A stretch of 18,975 bases of DNA from Deltaproteobacteria bacterium (GTDB lineage: Bacteria; Myxococcota_A; UBA9160; SMWR01), in NCBI GenBank assembly GCA_032128115.1, contig JAQBHB010000016.1, positions 1 through 18,975 on the forward strand. The letters run 5' to 3'. The notes below the pieces were generated by a model, which made no database searches, was not told the origin of the DNA, and saw only the letters and a program-made list of their open reading frames with translations. The translations under genes and the position numbers were made by a program. The first letter of the stretch is position 1. Every line of letters begins with the position of its first letter. Shown one piece after another: positions 1-10,593 of the stretch.

Positions 1-877
1 GGCCACGCCCGCCAAGTCGCGTCGGCCGCTCGACGACGTTTACCCGCGGCCGGTACTGGCGGATGAAGTCCATGTCGACCGTCGTGAAACGGCGTACGCG
101 GGCGCCGAGATTGCGCGCGAGTGAAAGTGCCTTGAGGAAGACCTCGGGCAGGATCACGGCCGACCCCACGTTGAAGATCACGCCGCCCTCCAGGGTGGCC
201 ACCAGCCCCGCCAGCGTCTCGAAGTCGCGAAAGCTGGTGGCACCCAGGGCCGCGCCGTCGGCCTCCGGGTGCATGTGGTGGATGTCTGTGCCGATGGCAA
301 CGTGCACGGTGACGGGCACCTGCAGGCGCACCGCGGTGGCCAGGATCGAACGACCCGCGTGGGGGTAGGCGCCCTCCAGGATCTCGCGACCCACGGCCTC
401 GCCCATGCCCTGGTCGCGCGTCGCTCCCTTCCCGATGGCCCGGTTGAGGCGCTCGCCGGTCTCGCCCGCCATGCCGAACGTGCCGTCGTCCAGCGACGTC
501 TCCACGTCCTCGCTGGTGCGCCCCATGTGGGCGAGCTCGAGATCGTGGACACAGCCGGCGCCGTTCATCATGAGCCCGCTCACCAGACCGCGCTCCATCA
601 GGTCCACCACCACCGGCGCCAGGCCCACCTTGATCACGTGGGCACCCAGGCCCCAGAGAATCGTGCGCTTTCCGGCATGGGCGTCCGCCGTCGCCTGGAT
701 GGCAACCCGAAGCTCCGCGGCTCCCAGCAGCGAGGGCAGGCTCGCCAGGAACTGGGCAAACGACGATCCAGAAGGCAGCGGGCGGGCCTCGTCGTCGAGG
801 CGCATCTTGCTTGGCCGCTCCTGGGCGCTCCGCGTGCGCACCTTCGTGCGGTCGATCCGGGGAGGTCCGGGGCTCAC
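1..877 (-). CDS. Conserved hypothetical protein, deoxyhypusine-synthase-like (resembles GSU2086 family); 3' end runs off the window
   Basis: Manual translation from GTG at 877: MSPGPPRIDRTKVRTRSAQERPSK...WGLGAHVIKVGLAPVVVDLMERG...NGAGCVHDLELAHMGRTSEDV...GTFGMAGETG...NVGSAVILPEVFLKALSLARNLG...FTTVDMDFIRQYRPRVNVVERPT. Open to the window edge, so absent from the ORF track. Family recalled from motifs. Confidence 0.8.
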   Translation of the reverse strand, partial: MSPGPPRIDRTKVRTRSAQERPSKMRLDDEARPLPSGSSFAQFLASLPSLLGAAELRVAIQATADAHAGKRTILWGLGAHVIKVGLAPVVVDLMERGLVSGLMMNGAGCVHDLELAHMGRTSEDVETSLDDGTFGMAGETGERLNRAIGKGATRDQGMGEAVGREILEGAYPHAGRSILATAVRLQVPVTVHVAIGTDIHHMHPEADGAALGATSFRDFETLAGLVATLEGGVIFNVGSAVILPEVFLKALSLARNLGARVRRFTTVDMDFIRQYRPRVNVVERPTRLGGRG

Positions 878-1093
878 AAGGCTCGACTCCTGGTTCGGCC
901 CCCCTTGGCGCCAGGGGGCTCATCCCGAAAAAACCCAGTCAAAACAACTGGATCCAGAAAGAGGCGGCAGATCCGAAGCTGCTGGGGCGCACGCCGGACC
1001 CGCAGCGATGATACCCTGAGCGGCGTCCGGCATCTCAGTCGGACACGCCCGAAGCCAGCCGCGGTCCGCGTGGGCCGCCAGGAGAATGATGAC

Positions 1094-1420
1094 ATGTCCG
1101 AGGTTGTCGAGGTCAGCGATCAGACCTTCGAGGCGGAGGTCCTGCAGTCGGACAAGCCCGCCATCATCGATTTCTGGGCCGAGTGGTGCGCCCCGTGCCG
1201 CGCCATCGCGCCGATCATCCAGGAACTGGCGGCGCAGTACGGTGACCAGGTGAAGATCGTCAAGATGGACATCGACTCCAATCCGGGTACCCCCGGGCAG
1301 TACGGCGTGCGCGCAATTCCCACGGTGCTCGCCTTCAAGAACGGCCAGGTCGCCCAGCAGCTCCAGGGCGCCCGCCCCAAGGCCGATTTCGAAGAGATGG
1401 TGAAGAACCTGCTCAGCTAG
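1094..1420 (+). CDS. trxA: Thioredoxin
   Basis: 108 aa MSEVVEVSDQTF...DFWAEWCAPCRAIAP...YGVRAIPTVLAFKNG with WCxxC and cis-Pro motifs; AGGAG RBS at 1080-1084. It is the C-terminal part of track ORF 269..1420. Confidence 0.96.
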   Translation: MSEVVEVSDQTFEAEVLQSDKPAIIDFWAEWCAPCRAIAPIIQELAAQYGDQVKIVKMDIDSNPGTPGQYGVRAIPTVLAFKNGQVAQQLQGARPKADFEEMVKNLLS

Positions 1421-2111
1421 GGACCGGGGGTTCGAAAAAGCGAACGGGCCAGCGGCGCTTCACCGCTTCGCGGTACAGCAGCGGGTCGGGATTCGCCGCG
1501 ATCGGGTGACCGACGATGTCGAGAAGCGGCAGGTCGGTGATCGAGTCGGTGTAGAAGTAGCTGCGGGACAGATCGATCGCGTGCTCTTCGATGAACTGCT
1601 GGAGCCAGTAGATCTTTCCCTCTTCGAAGCAGATCGGTTCCACCACACGACCCGTGAAGCGCCCCTCCTCCACCTCGAGTCTCGTGTAGAGGAAGTGGCC
1701 GATCCCGAGACGCCGAGCCAGTGGCCGCACCACGAACTTGGTGGCGCCGGAGACGATGGCCACCACGTGGCCCGCCGACTCGTGCTCCCGCACCAGCTTC
1801 TCGGCCTCCGGGTAGATGGTCTGGACCACCGTCTCCTCGAACCACTCGTTCGCCTGCGCTTCCAGCTCGGCTTCACTCTGCCCTCGGAACTGCAGCATCA
1901 TGTTCTTGGTCCAGTTGCGGAGGTCGAGCATCCCAAGCTTGTACTGCAGGTAGGCGCCGAATCCCTTGAGCAGGTCCACGCCGCTGATCTCGCCGCGCTG
2001 GTAGCGGTAGCGCATGTACAGGCTTGCCGAGTTCTCGGCGATCAGCGTCTTGTCCATGTCGAAAAAGGCGCCGACTCGGGGCTCGTGCCGGGTGATCGCG
2101 GATACTGCCAT
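1413..2111 (-). CDS. HAD-IB family hydrolase (SerB/PSP-like phosphatase)
   Basis: Motif I FFDMDKTL, motif II IVSGA, motif III Lys (EGKI), motif IV YTDSITDLPLL, and C-terminal NPDPLL. Confidence 0.88.
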   Translation of the reverse strand: MAVSAITRHEPRVGAFFDMDKTLIAENSASLYMRYRYQRGEISGVDLLKGFGAYLQYKLGMLDLRNWTKNMMLQFRGQSEAELEAQANEWFEETVVQTIYPEAEKLVREHESAGHVVAIVSGATKFVVRPLARRLGIGHFLYTRLEVEEGRFTGRVVEPICFEEGKIYWLQQFIEEHAIDLSRSYFYTDSITDLPLLDIVGHPIAANPDPLLYREAVKRRWPVRFFEPPVPS

Positions 2112-2127
2112 GGGGGCAGAGTAACGC

Positions 2128-3234
2128 TCAGAAGACGTAGCGGCGCATGGAGACGTTGAGCAGCAGTCCCAGGGCGATCAGCGTCGAAACCAGGGCGGAC
2201 CCGCCATAGGAGAAGAGCGGCAGGGGAACGCCGATCACCGGCGCGAGCCCCAGCACCATCGCGATGTTCAGGGCCGCTGGCCAGAAGAGCGCCCCCACCA
2301 CCCCAACGGCGACCAGCGCCCCGAAGCTGTCCTTGCTGTTGCGCGCGACGACCAGGCCCCACAGCAGCAGGGTCATATACAGGGTCAGGACCGCCGTGCT
2401 TCCCACAAAGCCCCATTCCTCGGCGAGGACCGAGAAGGCGAAGTCGGTGCGCGCGGTGGGCAGGAATCGCATCTGGGTCTGGCTGCCCTCGCGAAAGCCC
2501 GCTCCCAGCAGGCCCCCCGAGCCCACGGCAATGCGCGACTGCTCGCCCTGGTAGCCCGAGGCCAGGGGATCCCGGCCCGGGTCGACCACGTCGAGGATGC
2601 GATCCCGCTGGTACGACTGCAGCCCGAACATCCAGAGGGTGGCCAGGCCCGCCAGGGCCAGGGCTGCCACGCCGAGCCACGCACGCCACGGAATCCGCAC
2701 GAAGACGAGGTACGTGGACGCCACCAACAGCGTGAGGAGCGCGACCCCCATGTCGCGAGCGGCCACAATCAGGCCCACCGGCATGAGGACGATCAGGGCG
2801 GGACGCACGAGGTCACGCAGACGCCGGATCTCACTGGGGGGATTGCGCTGGAAATGGCGGGCAAGCACCAGGATCAGGGGAATGCGGGCGATCTCGGCCG
2901 GCTGCACCCGACCGCCGAACAACCAGCTCTGGCTTCCGCGCGTGACCGGCGCCACCACCAGCGTGAGCGCCAGCAGCAGCAGCGACGCCACGAACAAAGG
3001 CACCGCCAGACGTTCGTAGCGGCGGTAGTCGATGCCCACCACCACCAGCATCGCGACGCCGCCGACTCCCAGGGACATCAACTGTCGGCGCAACTCGTCC
3101 GAGAGACCCTCGGCTCCAGTTCCCGCGTGGGTGGCCGACATCAGGTTCACCAGGCCGATGGCGACCAGCAGCGACACCAGCCCCAGGAGCATCCAATCGA
3201 AGTTCTGGAAGCTGCGGCGGTCAATGCCCAGCAA
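2128..3234 (-). CDS. rodA: Rod shape-determining SEDS peptidoglycan glycosyltransferase RodA
   Basis: Multi-TM protein with QPAE, YQRDRI, GYQ..QSRIAVGSGG, TDFAFSVLAEEWGF and GVPLPLFSYGGS. Likely start is TTG at 3234 with GAGG 6 nt upstream, overlapping the mrdA stop. Confidence 0.93.
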   Translation of the reverse strand: MLGIDRRSFQNFDWMLLGLVSLLVAIGLVNLMSATHAGTGAEGLSDELRRQLMSLGVGGVAMLVVVGIDYRRYERLAVPLFVASLLLLALTLVVAPVTRGSQSWLFGGRVQPAEIARIPLILVLARHFQRNPPSEIRRLRDLVRPALIVLMPVGLIVAARDMGVALLTLLVASTYLVFVRIPWRAWLGVAALALAGLATLWMFGLQSYQRDRILDVVDPGRDPLASGYQGEQSRIAVGSGGLLGAGFREGSQTQMRFLPTARTDFAFSVLAEEWGFVGSTAVLTLYMTLLLWGLVVARNSKDSFGALVAVGVVGALFWPAALNIAMVLGLAPVIGVPLPLFSYGGSALVSTLIALGLLLNVSMRRYVF

Positions 3235-5143
3235 CGGGAACCTCTTCCGGAGTCCGGGCCGGGAGGACCGACGCCACCACCGCGTCGGCCGCGTCGCGCA
3301 TTTCGCGCTTCTCGAAATAGCGGGCCAACACGCGTTGCACGATGGGAGCGGCCGCAGAGCCTCCATGGCCGCCGTGCTCCACCAGGGCTACCACCACGAT
3401 CTCCGGCGCCTCCGCGGGCGCGTAAGCGACGAACCAGGCGTGGTCGCGGTGACGCATGGGAATGTCATCGTCTTCGATACCCTCGGTGACCCGGATGTGC
3501 ACCACCTGGGCTGTCCCCGTCTTCCCCGCCACACGCACCCCAGGCAGCCGCGACTGGCCACCGGTTCCGTGGCGCTCCGAAACGGCACCCTCCAGGCCGT
3601 CGCGGATCAGGGTCAGGTTCTCGGGCGAGACGGGCAACCGACCCTCGACGGCTGGCTTTTCGTCCGTCGGCGCGCCTTCCAGAAGGATGCGAGGGCGCAC
3701 GATCTGACCGCCGTTGGCGATCGCCGCGTACGCCACAGCGATCTGGAGGGGAGTCGCCAGGTTGAAACCCTGACCGATCGACAGCGACACGGTCTCGCCG
3801 CGCTGCCAGGGCTCCTTGACGCGTTGCAGCTTCCAGGCGCTGGTGGGCACGAGTCCCTCCCGCTCCTGGCCCAGCGCGATGCCGGTGCGCCGGCCCAGGT
3901 GGAAACCCTGGGCGTAGCGGGCCAGACGGTCGACTCCCAGTTCGAGCCCCGCCTGATAGAAGTAGGTGTCGCACGACTCCACCAGGGCCCGGTGCAGGTC
4001 CACGGCCCCATGGCCCCCGCGCTTCCAGCATCGATAGGTCCGGCGTCCCAGGTGGAAGTAACCGGGGCAGAAGACCTTCTTCTCGGAGTCGATCACCCCC
4101 TCCTCCAGCGCAGCGGCGGCGGTGACCACCTTGTACGTGGAGCCCGGCGGGTACTGGCCCGAGATGGCCCGGTTCTGGAGGGGCTGCCAGTCGTCGGAGG
4201 TGAGTTTCCGCCACGTCTGCGCGTCGATTCCCCCGGCGAAATCGTTGGGGTCGAAGGCGGGCCGCGACACCAGGGCCAGCACGTCGCCGTTGCGGGGATC
4301 GAGCGCCACCAGGGCGCCCCGCTTCGCGGGTTCGTCCGGCGCGGGCGGAGCGAAACCCGCCTCGGCCACGCGCTGCAGGTCCAGATCCAGCGTCAGGATC
4401 ACGTCGCCGCCGGGAACCGGCTCCACCTCGTCCAGCACCTCGCGCACCCGGCCCGAGACATCGACCACCTGGTTGCGCCCGCCGGCGCGCCCCCGAAGCC
4501 GGGCCTGGTACAGGCTCTCGATTCCCGCCTGTCCGATCACGTCGCCCACGCCGTAACCGGCAAAGCGGGGCTTGCGCAGCGCCTCCCCGTCGATCTCGCC
4601 CAGGTAGCCCATCAGGTGAGCGGCCAGATCTCCTTCCACGTAGTGACGCCGTGGCTGCACCTGGGTGACCACGCCTGGCAGGGCGTACAGGTGCGACTCG
4701 GCGCTGGCCCAGCGGTCGTACGGGAGATCGCGCCCGAGATCCACGGGGGTAAATCGCCTGCGCCCCGTGGGCGCGCCGACTCGCGTTCGAAGCAAATCCG
4801 CGTCCTGGTCCAGCAGCATGCCCAGGGCCGCGTACGTGATGTCCGGGCTGCGCAGATCGTGGGGGATCACCTGGAGCCCGAAGGCCGGCCGCGTGGTGGC
4901 GAGCACACGACCCTCGCGGTCGTAGACGTTTCCGCGCGGCGCTTCCAGCCGAACCGTGCGAACGGAATTGCGCAGGGAACGATCGCGCAGCTCGTCAGCC
5001 ATGAGAACCTGGAGTTGGAACAGACGCACGGCGAACACGAGGAAGACGAGCAACATGCACGCCCCCAACAGGGGCAGGCGGCGCTCGACACCCGCGTCCT
5101 GTCCCTGGCCGAGCCGCCGGTTGCGCCCACCGTCGTCGCGCAT
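3221..5143 (-). CDS. mrdA: Penicillin-binding protein 2 (class B transpeptidase)
   Basis: N-terminal TM then APRGNVYDREG; SxxK (PGSTYK), SxD (ESCDTYFY) and KTG (AGKTGT). ATG at 5143 overlaps the mreD TGA (TGATG). Confidence 0.95.
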   Translation of the reverse strand: MRDDGGRNRRLGQGQDAGVERRLPLLGACMLLVFLVFAVRLFQLQVLMADELRDRSLRNSVRTVRLEAPRGNVYDREGRVLATTRPAFGLQVIPHDLRSPDITYAALGMLLDQDADLLRTRVGAPTGRRRFTPVDLGRDLPYDRWASAESHLYALPGVVTQVQPRRHYVEGDLAAHLMGYLGEIDGEALRKPRFAGYGVGDVIGQAGIESLYQARLRGRAGGRNQVVDVSGRVREVLDEVEPVPGGDVILTLDLDLQRVAEAGFAPPAPDEPAKRGALVALDPRNGDVLALVSRPAFDPNDFAGGIDAQTWRKLTSDDWQPLQNRAISGQYPPGSTYKVVTAAAALEEGVIDSEKKVFCPGYFHLGRRTYRCWKRGGHGAVDLHRALVESCDTYFYQAGLELGVDRLARYAQGFHLGRRTGIALGQEREGLVPTSAWKLQRVKEPWQRGETVSLSIGQGFNLATPLQIAVAYAAIANGGQIVRPRILLEGAPTDEKPAVEGRLPVSPENLTLIRDGLEGAVSERHGTGGQSRLPGVRVAGKTGTAQVVHIRVTEGIEDDDIPMRHRDHAWFVAYAPAEAPEIVVVALVEHGGHGGSAAAPIVQRVLARYFEKREMRDAADAVVASVLPARTPEEVPVAGH

Positions 5144-5682
5144 CACGAGCGGTAGCTCCGGGCCTCGAGTCGCAGCAGGTGGCGACCGCGATCGTCCTCG
5201 CCCGCAAAGGCCAGGATGACTTCGCAGCCGCCCGCCACCAGGGGACCAAAGATCGCGTTGACGAACGCATGCAGCAGCAGGGTGCCCAGCGGCGGAACCC
5301 CGAAGCCCGCCTCCGGCGAGAAGAAGGCCGTGAGGGCCGCCACGCCCAGGGCGTTGACCAGCGTCAGGAAGCCCACGAAGACGGCCTGGGGCAGCGCCCC
5401 GCGCAGGTTCAGCTGGCGGCTGCACAGGCGCGCCGCACCGAAGGCCAGCACCCGCAGCAGGGCGTGGAGGCCCAGCAGCGAGCCCGAGAAGAGGTCGGCC
5501 AGGTAGCCGAGCCCCGAAGCCAGCAACAGTCCGGTGCCGGTGCTGCGCAGGCGCGTGCCCAGAGCCACCACCAGCAGGAAGCTCAGATCGGGTGTCAGCG
5601 CGGCCGGGATCAGCGAGGCCAGGACGCCCTGCAGCAGGATTGCGAACATTCCCACCCCGAGCAGGGCGACGGCGGGCTTCAC
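5143..5682 (-). CDS. mreD: Rod shape-determining protein MreD
   Basis: 179-aa hydrophobic protein with PDL...GYLADLFSG..LGLHAL, located between mreC and mrdA; GTGA overlap with mreC. Confidence 0.88.
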   Translation of the reverse strand: MKPAVALLGVGMFAILLQGVLASLIPAALTPDLSFLLVVALGTRLRSTGTGLLLASGLGYLADLFSGSLLGLHALLRVLAFGAARLCSRQLNLRGALPQAVFVGFLTLVNALGVAALTAFFSPEAGFGVPPLGTLLLHAFVNAIFGPLVAGGCEVILAFAGEDDRGRHLLRLEARSYRS

Positions 5683-6617
5683 GGCGTGGGCTCTGCTGCT
5701 GCCGCGCCCCGCGTCGCCGCCAAACCCGATTCGGTGTTCGTCGGCTCAGCGTCCGGGCCGGCACCGCTGTAGAGCAGTTCCATGGTGGGGCCCCGCCGGA
5801 GCATCACGAACACCTGTTCCAGGCGACCGAAGTCAACGGCCGGGGCCAGCGTGGCGGTCTGAAGCAGGCGCGAGCCCGGATCCGACACCCGGGTGATCTC
5901 TCCCACGCGCAGCCCCTTGGGATAGACACCGCCCAGCCCCGAAGTGATCACCACGTCTCCCACCTGGACGTCGCCGCCGCGCGCCACGAACTCGAACGCC
6001 AGCTCGTCGCCGCCGCGGCCGCGCACCATACCCCGGGCGCGGCTGCGCTGGATGGTGCCGTCCACCGCGCTCTGCCGGTCCAGGAGCAGCATGGTCTGGG
6101 AGGCTCGACGGGAAGCCGCCGTCACCAGTCCCACCAGGCCCTGCTCGGAGATCACCGGCATCCCCGCGCGCACGCCGTCGCCGTGACCCCGATCGAACAT
6201 CACGGAGCGGAACCAGGGCGACACGCCGCCGCCCACCAACTCCGCCGGAAGCATGGGAATCTCGAAGTCATCGCGCATGTCGGCGATGCGCTCCAGTCGC
6301 CCGCTGGCCACCAGGGCCTCGCGCAGCTGGAGGTTGTCCTCTTCCAGATGCCAGACCTGCTCGCGCAGGCTCGCGTTCTCCTGGCGCACGTCCAGCAGAT
6401 CGACATAGTCGCGCCAGGCGTCCCGCACCACATCCACGGGCACGGCCATGGTCTTCTGAACGGGAACCGCAACGTCCATGACCGCCCCGGCTCCCCAGGG
6501 CAGTGAGCTTGCGCCGCTGATCAGGGCCCGGCGATTCGAGACCATGCTGATCAGGGCGATCAGCAGCAGCCCCGCGACCCCCAGGGCCATCCGCGCGCTG
6601 CGCCCCAGGGGGTTCAT
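5679..6617 (-). CDS. mreC: Rod shape-determining protein MreC
   Basis: TM segment, coiled coil (ENASLREQV), DRGHGDGVRAGMPVISEQGLVG, and GDVVITSGLGGVYPKGLRVG. ATG at 6617 with GAAGG upstream is preferred over the track start. Confidence 0.92.
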   Translation of the reverse strand: MNPLGRSARMALGVAGLLLIALISMVSNRRALISGASSLPWGAGAVMDVAVPVQKTMAVPVDVVRDAWRDYVDLLDVRQENASLREQVWHLEEDNLQLREALVASGRLERIADMRDDFEIPMLPAELVGGGVSPWFRSVMFDRGHGDGVRAGMPVISEQGLVGLVTAASRRASQTMLLLDRQSAVDGTIQRSRARGMVRGRGGDELAFEFVARGGDVQVGDVVITSGLGGVYPKGLRVGEITRVSDPGSRLLQTATLAPAVDFGRLEQVFVMLRRGPTMELLYSGAGPDAEPTNTESGLAATRGAAAAEPTP

Positions 6618-6729
6618 GATTTTGCCTTCATACGGATGCGACCTGGCTCCGGGGGGCAACCTCGGATCCGCGCCTGCGACGGTCTGAGCGAGCCCGCCAA
6701 CCCTCGGGGGCCGTATCGGCCCGAAGACG

Positions 6730-8013
<1,284 letters not shown>

Positions 8014-8015
8014 TC

Positions 8016-9524
8016 ATGCTCGATGTCATCAGACGCGGCCAGCGCTGGGTCACCGGACTGTTCGTGGTCGGAATCGGCGGTGCCATGGTCTTCTTCATCG
8101 GGCTGGGAGGGCCCCTGCAGGGGGGAAACAGCGACACCATCGTGCGGGTGGGGCCCCACCAGTTCGGCTCCGTGGAGTTCAATCGCGAGCGGATCCAGCG
8201 CGAGCAGCTGTACCGCAACGCCCTGGGCGACGGATTCGATGCCGACGCGCTGCAGAAAACCCTGGACGAGACCACGGTTCGCGCCCTGGTGGACCGGGCC
8301 CTGCTGGCTCTGGAGGCCGAGAGGCTCGGGATCAGCGTCTCCCAGCAGGAGGTGGAGCGCTCGGTGTTGAACTGGGGCGCGTTTCGCAACTCCGAAGGTC
8401 GCTTCGACCCGGAGACCTTCGAGAACTGGGCCCAGTACGAGTATGGCACCCAGCGCAACTTCGTCGTCGACCAGCGCATGCGCCTGATGGCCACCAAGAT
8501 GGCCCGCCTGCTGTTCACGAACGCCCGGGTATCCGACGGGGAAGCCCGCCAGGCCGTGGAGCGCCGCCTCGAGGAGGTGAAGATCGCCTTCGTGACCGTT
8601 GTGCCCGGCGACCGCGCTGGGGGCGAGATCGAGGCCGAGGCCGTCGCCAGCCTGCTGGCTGAGCGCGAGACCGAGGTGCGGGCCCTGTACACCGAGCGCT
8701 CGGATCGCTACGACGTTCCCGAGCAGGTGCGGGCCCGGCACATCCTGCTGCGCCTGGATGCGAACGCTGATGACGAACTCGTGGAGACCACGCGCGCCCG
8801 TGCGGAAGACCTGGTGAAGAGCCTGCGGGAGGGCGCCGACTTCGCCGAGCTGGCAGCCGAGGTGAGCGACGATCCGGGCTCGCGCGAGAACGGCGGCGAC
8901 CTGGGCGTCTTCGAGCGCGGACGCATGCTGCCGGCCTTCGAGAGCGCCGCCTTCAGCCTGGAGCCCGGAACCGTCGGCAATCCGGTGCGAAGCGATTTCG
9001 GGTACCACGTGATTCTCGTCGAGGAGCACAGGCAGGCCCAGCAGCAGAGCTACGAGTCGGTTCGAGAGGAGCTGGCCCGCGAGCTGCTGGTGACGGAATC
9101 GAACCAGGCGGCGAACCAGGAGCTGGCCGAGCGGCTGGCGACAGCGGTGCGCGGGGGGCACAGCCTGGAGGAGTCGGCGCGCGCGGCCGGGATGACTCTC
9201 GGGCGCACCGATTGGATCCGCCGCCGCCCGGACGGTTTCGTGCCCGGGCTGGGCGCAGCCCCGGATCTGCTGGCCACCGCCTTCAGTCTGGAGGCCGGGC
9301 AGAGCTCGGACCGGATCTTCCCCGTGGGCGACCGACTGGCCATGGTGCAGGTGCTGGAGACGAAGCGGCCCGAGCCCGAGGACGTGGACCCCATGGTGCC
9401 CACGGAGCGGGAGCAGCTGGTCGACCAGAAGCGAAACGCCCAGACCGAGGCCTGGATGGACACCCGGCGCGCAAAGCTCGACGGATCCGGCCAGCTCTAC
9501 GTGAACCTGGAACTCGTCCGCTGA
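8016..9524 (+). CDS. ppiD: PpiD-like membrane-anchored periplasmic chaperone (SurA N-terminal domain plus parvulin domain)
   Basis: N-terminal TM (MLDVIRR...LFVVGIGGAMVFFIG); parvulin motifs VRARHILL, FAELAAEVSDDPGS..NGGDLG, SDFGYHVI; AAGGAGG RBS at 8002-8008. Confidence 0.85.
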   Translation: MLDVIRRGQRWVTGLFVVGIGGAMVFFIGLGGPLQGGNSDTIVRVGPHQFGSVEFNRERIQREQLYRNALGDGFDADALQKTLDETTVRALVDRALLALEAERLGISVSQQEVERSVLNWGAFRNSEGRFDPETFENWAQYEYGTQRNFVVDQRMRLMATKMARLLFTNARVSDGEARQAVERRLEEVKIAFVTVVPGDRAGGEIEAEAVASLLAERETEVRALYTERSDRYDVPEQVRARHILLRLDANADDELVETTRARAEDLVKSLREGADFAELAAEVSDDPGSRENGGDLGVFERGRMLPAFESAAFSLEPGTVGNPVRSDFGYHVILVEEHRQAQQQSYESVREELARELLVTESNQAANQELAERLATAVRGGHSLEESARAAGMTLGRTDWIRRRPDGFVPGLGAAPDLLATAFSLEAGQSSDRIFPVGDRLAMVQVLETKRPEPEDVDPMVPTEREQLVDQKRNAQTEAWMDTRRAKLDGSGQLYVNLELVR

Positions 9525-9538
9525 AACCAGATCGGTCG

Positions 9539-10162
9539 CTATGCGAATGCAGGCCGGCTGTGGCGGATGAGTTCCATGAATTCGGCCCGGGTCTTGGGGT
9601 CGGTCTTGAACTCGCCGTGGATCGAGCTGGTAATCGCCGACGAATTCTGTTGGGCCACGCCGCGCATCTTCATGCACAGGTGGACCGCCTCCACCACCAC
9701 CGCCACACCCTTGGGCTGCAGCACGCTCTGAAGCGTGTCGGCCACCTGCTTGGTGAGCCTCTCCTGCACCTGGAGCCGACGGGCAAACATCTCCACCAGG
9801 CGCGAAATCTTCGATAGACCCACCACCTTGCCGCTGGGCACGTAGGCCACGTGGGCGCGGCCGAAGAACGGCAGCATGTGGTGCTCACACAGGCTGTAGA
9901 ACTCGATGTCCTTCACGATCACCATCTCGTCGTAGCTCACCTCGAACATGGCGTCGTTGAGGATGGTGACCGGGTCCTGGGCGTAGCCCTGACAGAAGTA
10001 ACGCAGGGCTTGGGCCACGCGTGCGGGGGTCTTCTGGAGACCGTCGCGCCCTGGGTCCTCGCCCAGCTCCTTCAGCATTGCCGTGACGAGCGGTTGGATC
10101 GGATCGTCGAGTCCGGTCGCGTCGTCCACGTCGCCGTATTCCAGGTCGTGAATGCGGGTCAT
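9539..10162 (-). CDS. folE: GTP cyclohydrolase I
   Basis: [61 protein letters not shown] at 10162 in ATGA overlap with the upstream PTPS gene. Confidence 0.97.
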   Translation of the reverse strand: MTRIHDLEYGDVDDATGLDDPIQPLVTAMLKELGEDPGRDGLQKTPARVAQALRYFCQGYAQDPVTILNDAMFEVSYDEMVIVKDIEFYSLCEHHMLPFFGRAHVAYVPSGKVVGLSKISRLVEMFARRLQVQERLTKQVADTLQSVLQPKGVAVVVEAVHLCMKMRGVAQQNSSAITSSIHGEFKTDPKTRAEFMELIRHSRPAFA

Positions 10163-10593
10163 TGTGCCTCTCCCATGTCTTCCCATTCGCCGGTGCTGAA
10201 GCTGTTTCGGTGCGTTTCGATGATGCGGACGCCCAGCACCCGCGCTGCGCTGCGCTCGGCGACTGCCTCTTCGAGCACAGCGTAGACCACACGGGCCAGG
10301 TTCTCCGCGGTCGGGATCTGCCGCTCGAAGATGGGATCCCGGTTGATCAACTGGTGCGAAAAGCGCTGGCGCACGCTGGCATCGAAGATCTCGTCAAGCA
10401 ACTCGGGCGCGATGATCTGACCGGTGCGCTCGTCCTGGGGACCCGACACGGTCACCTCGACGCCGTAGTTGTGACCGTGTCCTGCTGGATTGGCGCACTT
10501 TCCGTAGATGCGCTCGTTCTCCTCCCGGGTGAAGTCCGGGTGCGCCAGCACATGGGCGGCCGGAAATCCGAAGCGTCGGGTCACGGCGATCAC
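10159..10593 (-). CDS. 6-pyruvoyl-tetrahydropterin synthase family (T-fold, COG0720), Cys-x5-HGH type
   Basis: FPAAHVL...[20 protein letters not shown]...FSHQLIN...PTAENLA...IIETHRN. GTG start at 10593 in GTGA overlap with the upstream paralog. Confidence 0.9.
   Translation of the reverse strand: MIAVTRRFGFPAAHVLAHPDFTREENERIYGKCANPAGHGHNYGVEVTVSGPQDERTGQIIAPELLDEIFDASVRQRFSHQLINRDPIFERQIPTAENLARVVYAVLEEAVAERSAARVLGVRIIETHRNSFSTGEWEDMGEAQ

Noticed and set aside
269..1093. Apparent 383-aa ORF with a long N-terminal extension on thioredoxin
   Set aside because: The extension is largely the antisense shadow of the minus-strand DHS-like gene; trxA has its own RBS and ATG at 1094.
1413..1420. 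8-nt convergent overlap of trxA and the HAD hydrolase
   Set aside because: Common in compact genomes; no evidence of function.
3032..5155. 707-aa plus-strand ORF
   Set aside because: Antisense shadow of mrdA caused by high-GC codon bias; no recognisable motifs.
5144..5764. N-terminal 207-aa extension of PBP2 in the ORF track
   Set aside because: It overlaps mreD in another frame; the TGATG coupling at 5141-5145 gives a normal-length PBP2.
6708..6722. GGGCCG-TAT-CGGCCC hairpin between mreB and mreC
   Set aside because: A 6-bp stem without a U-tract could be chance at this GC content; at most an mRNA-stabilising element.
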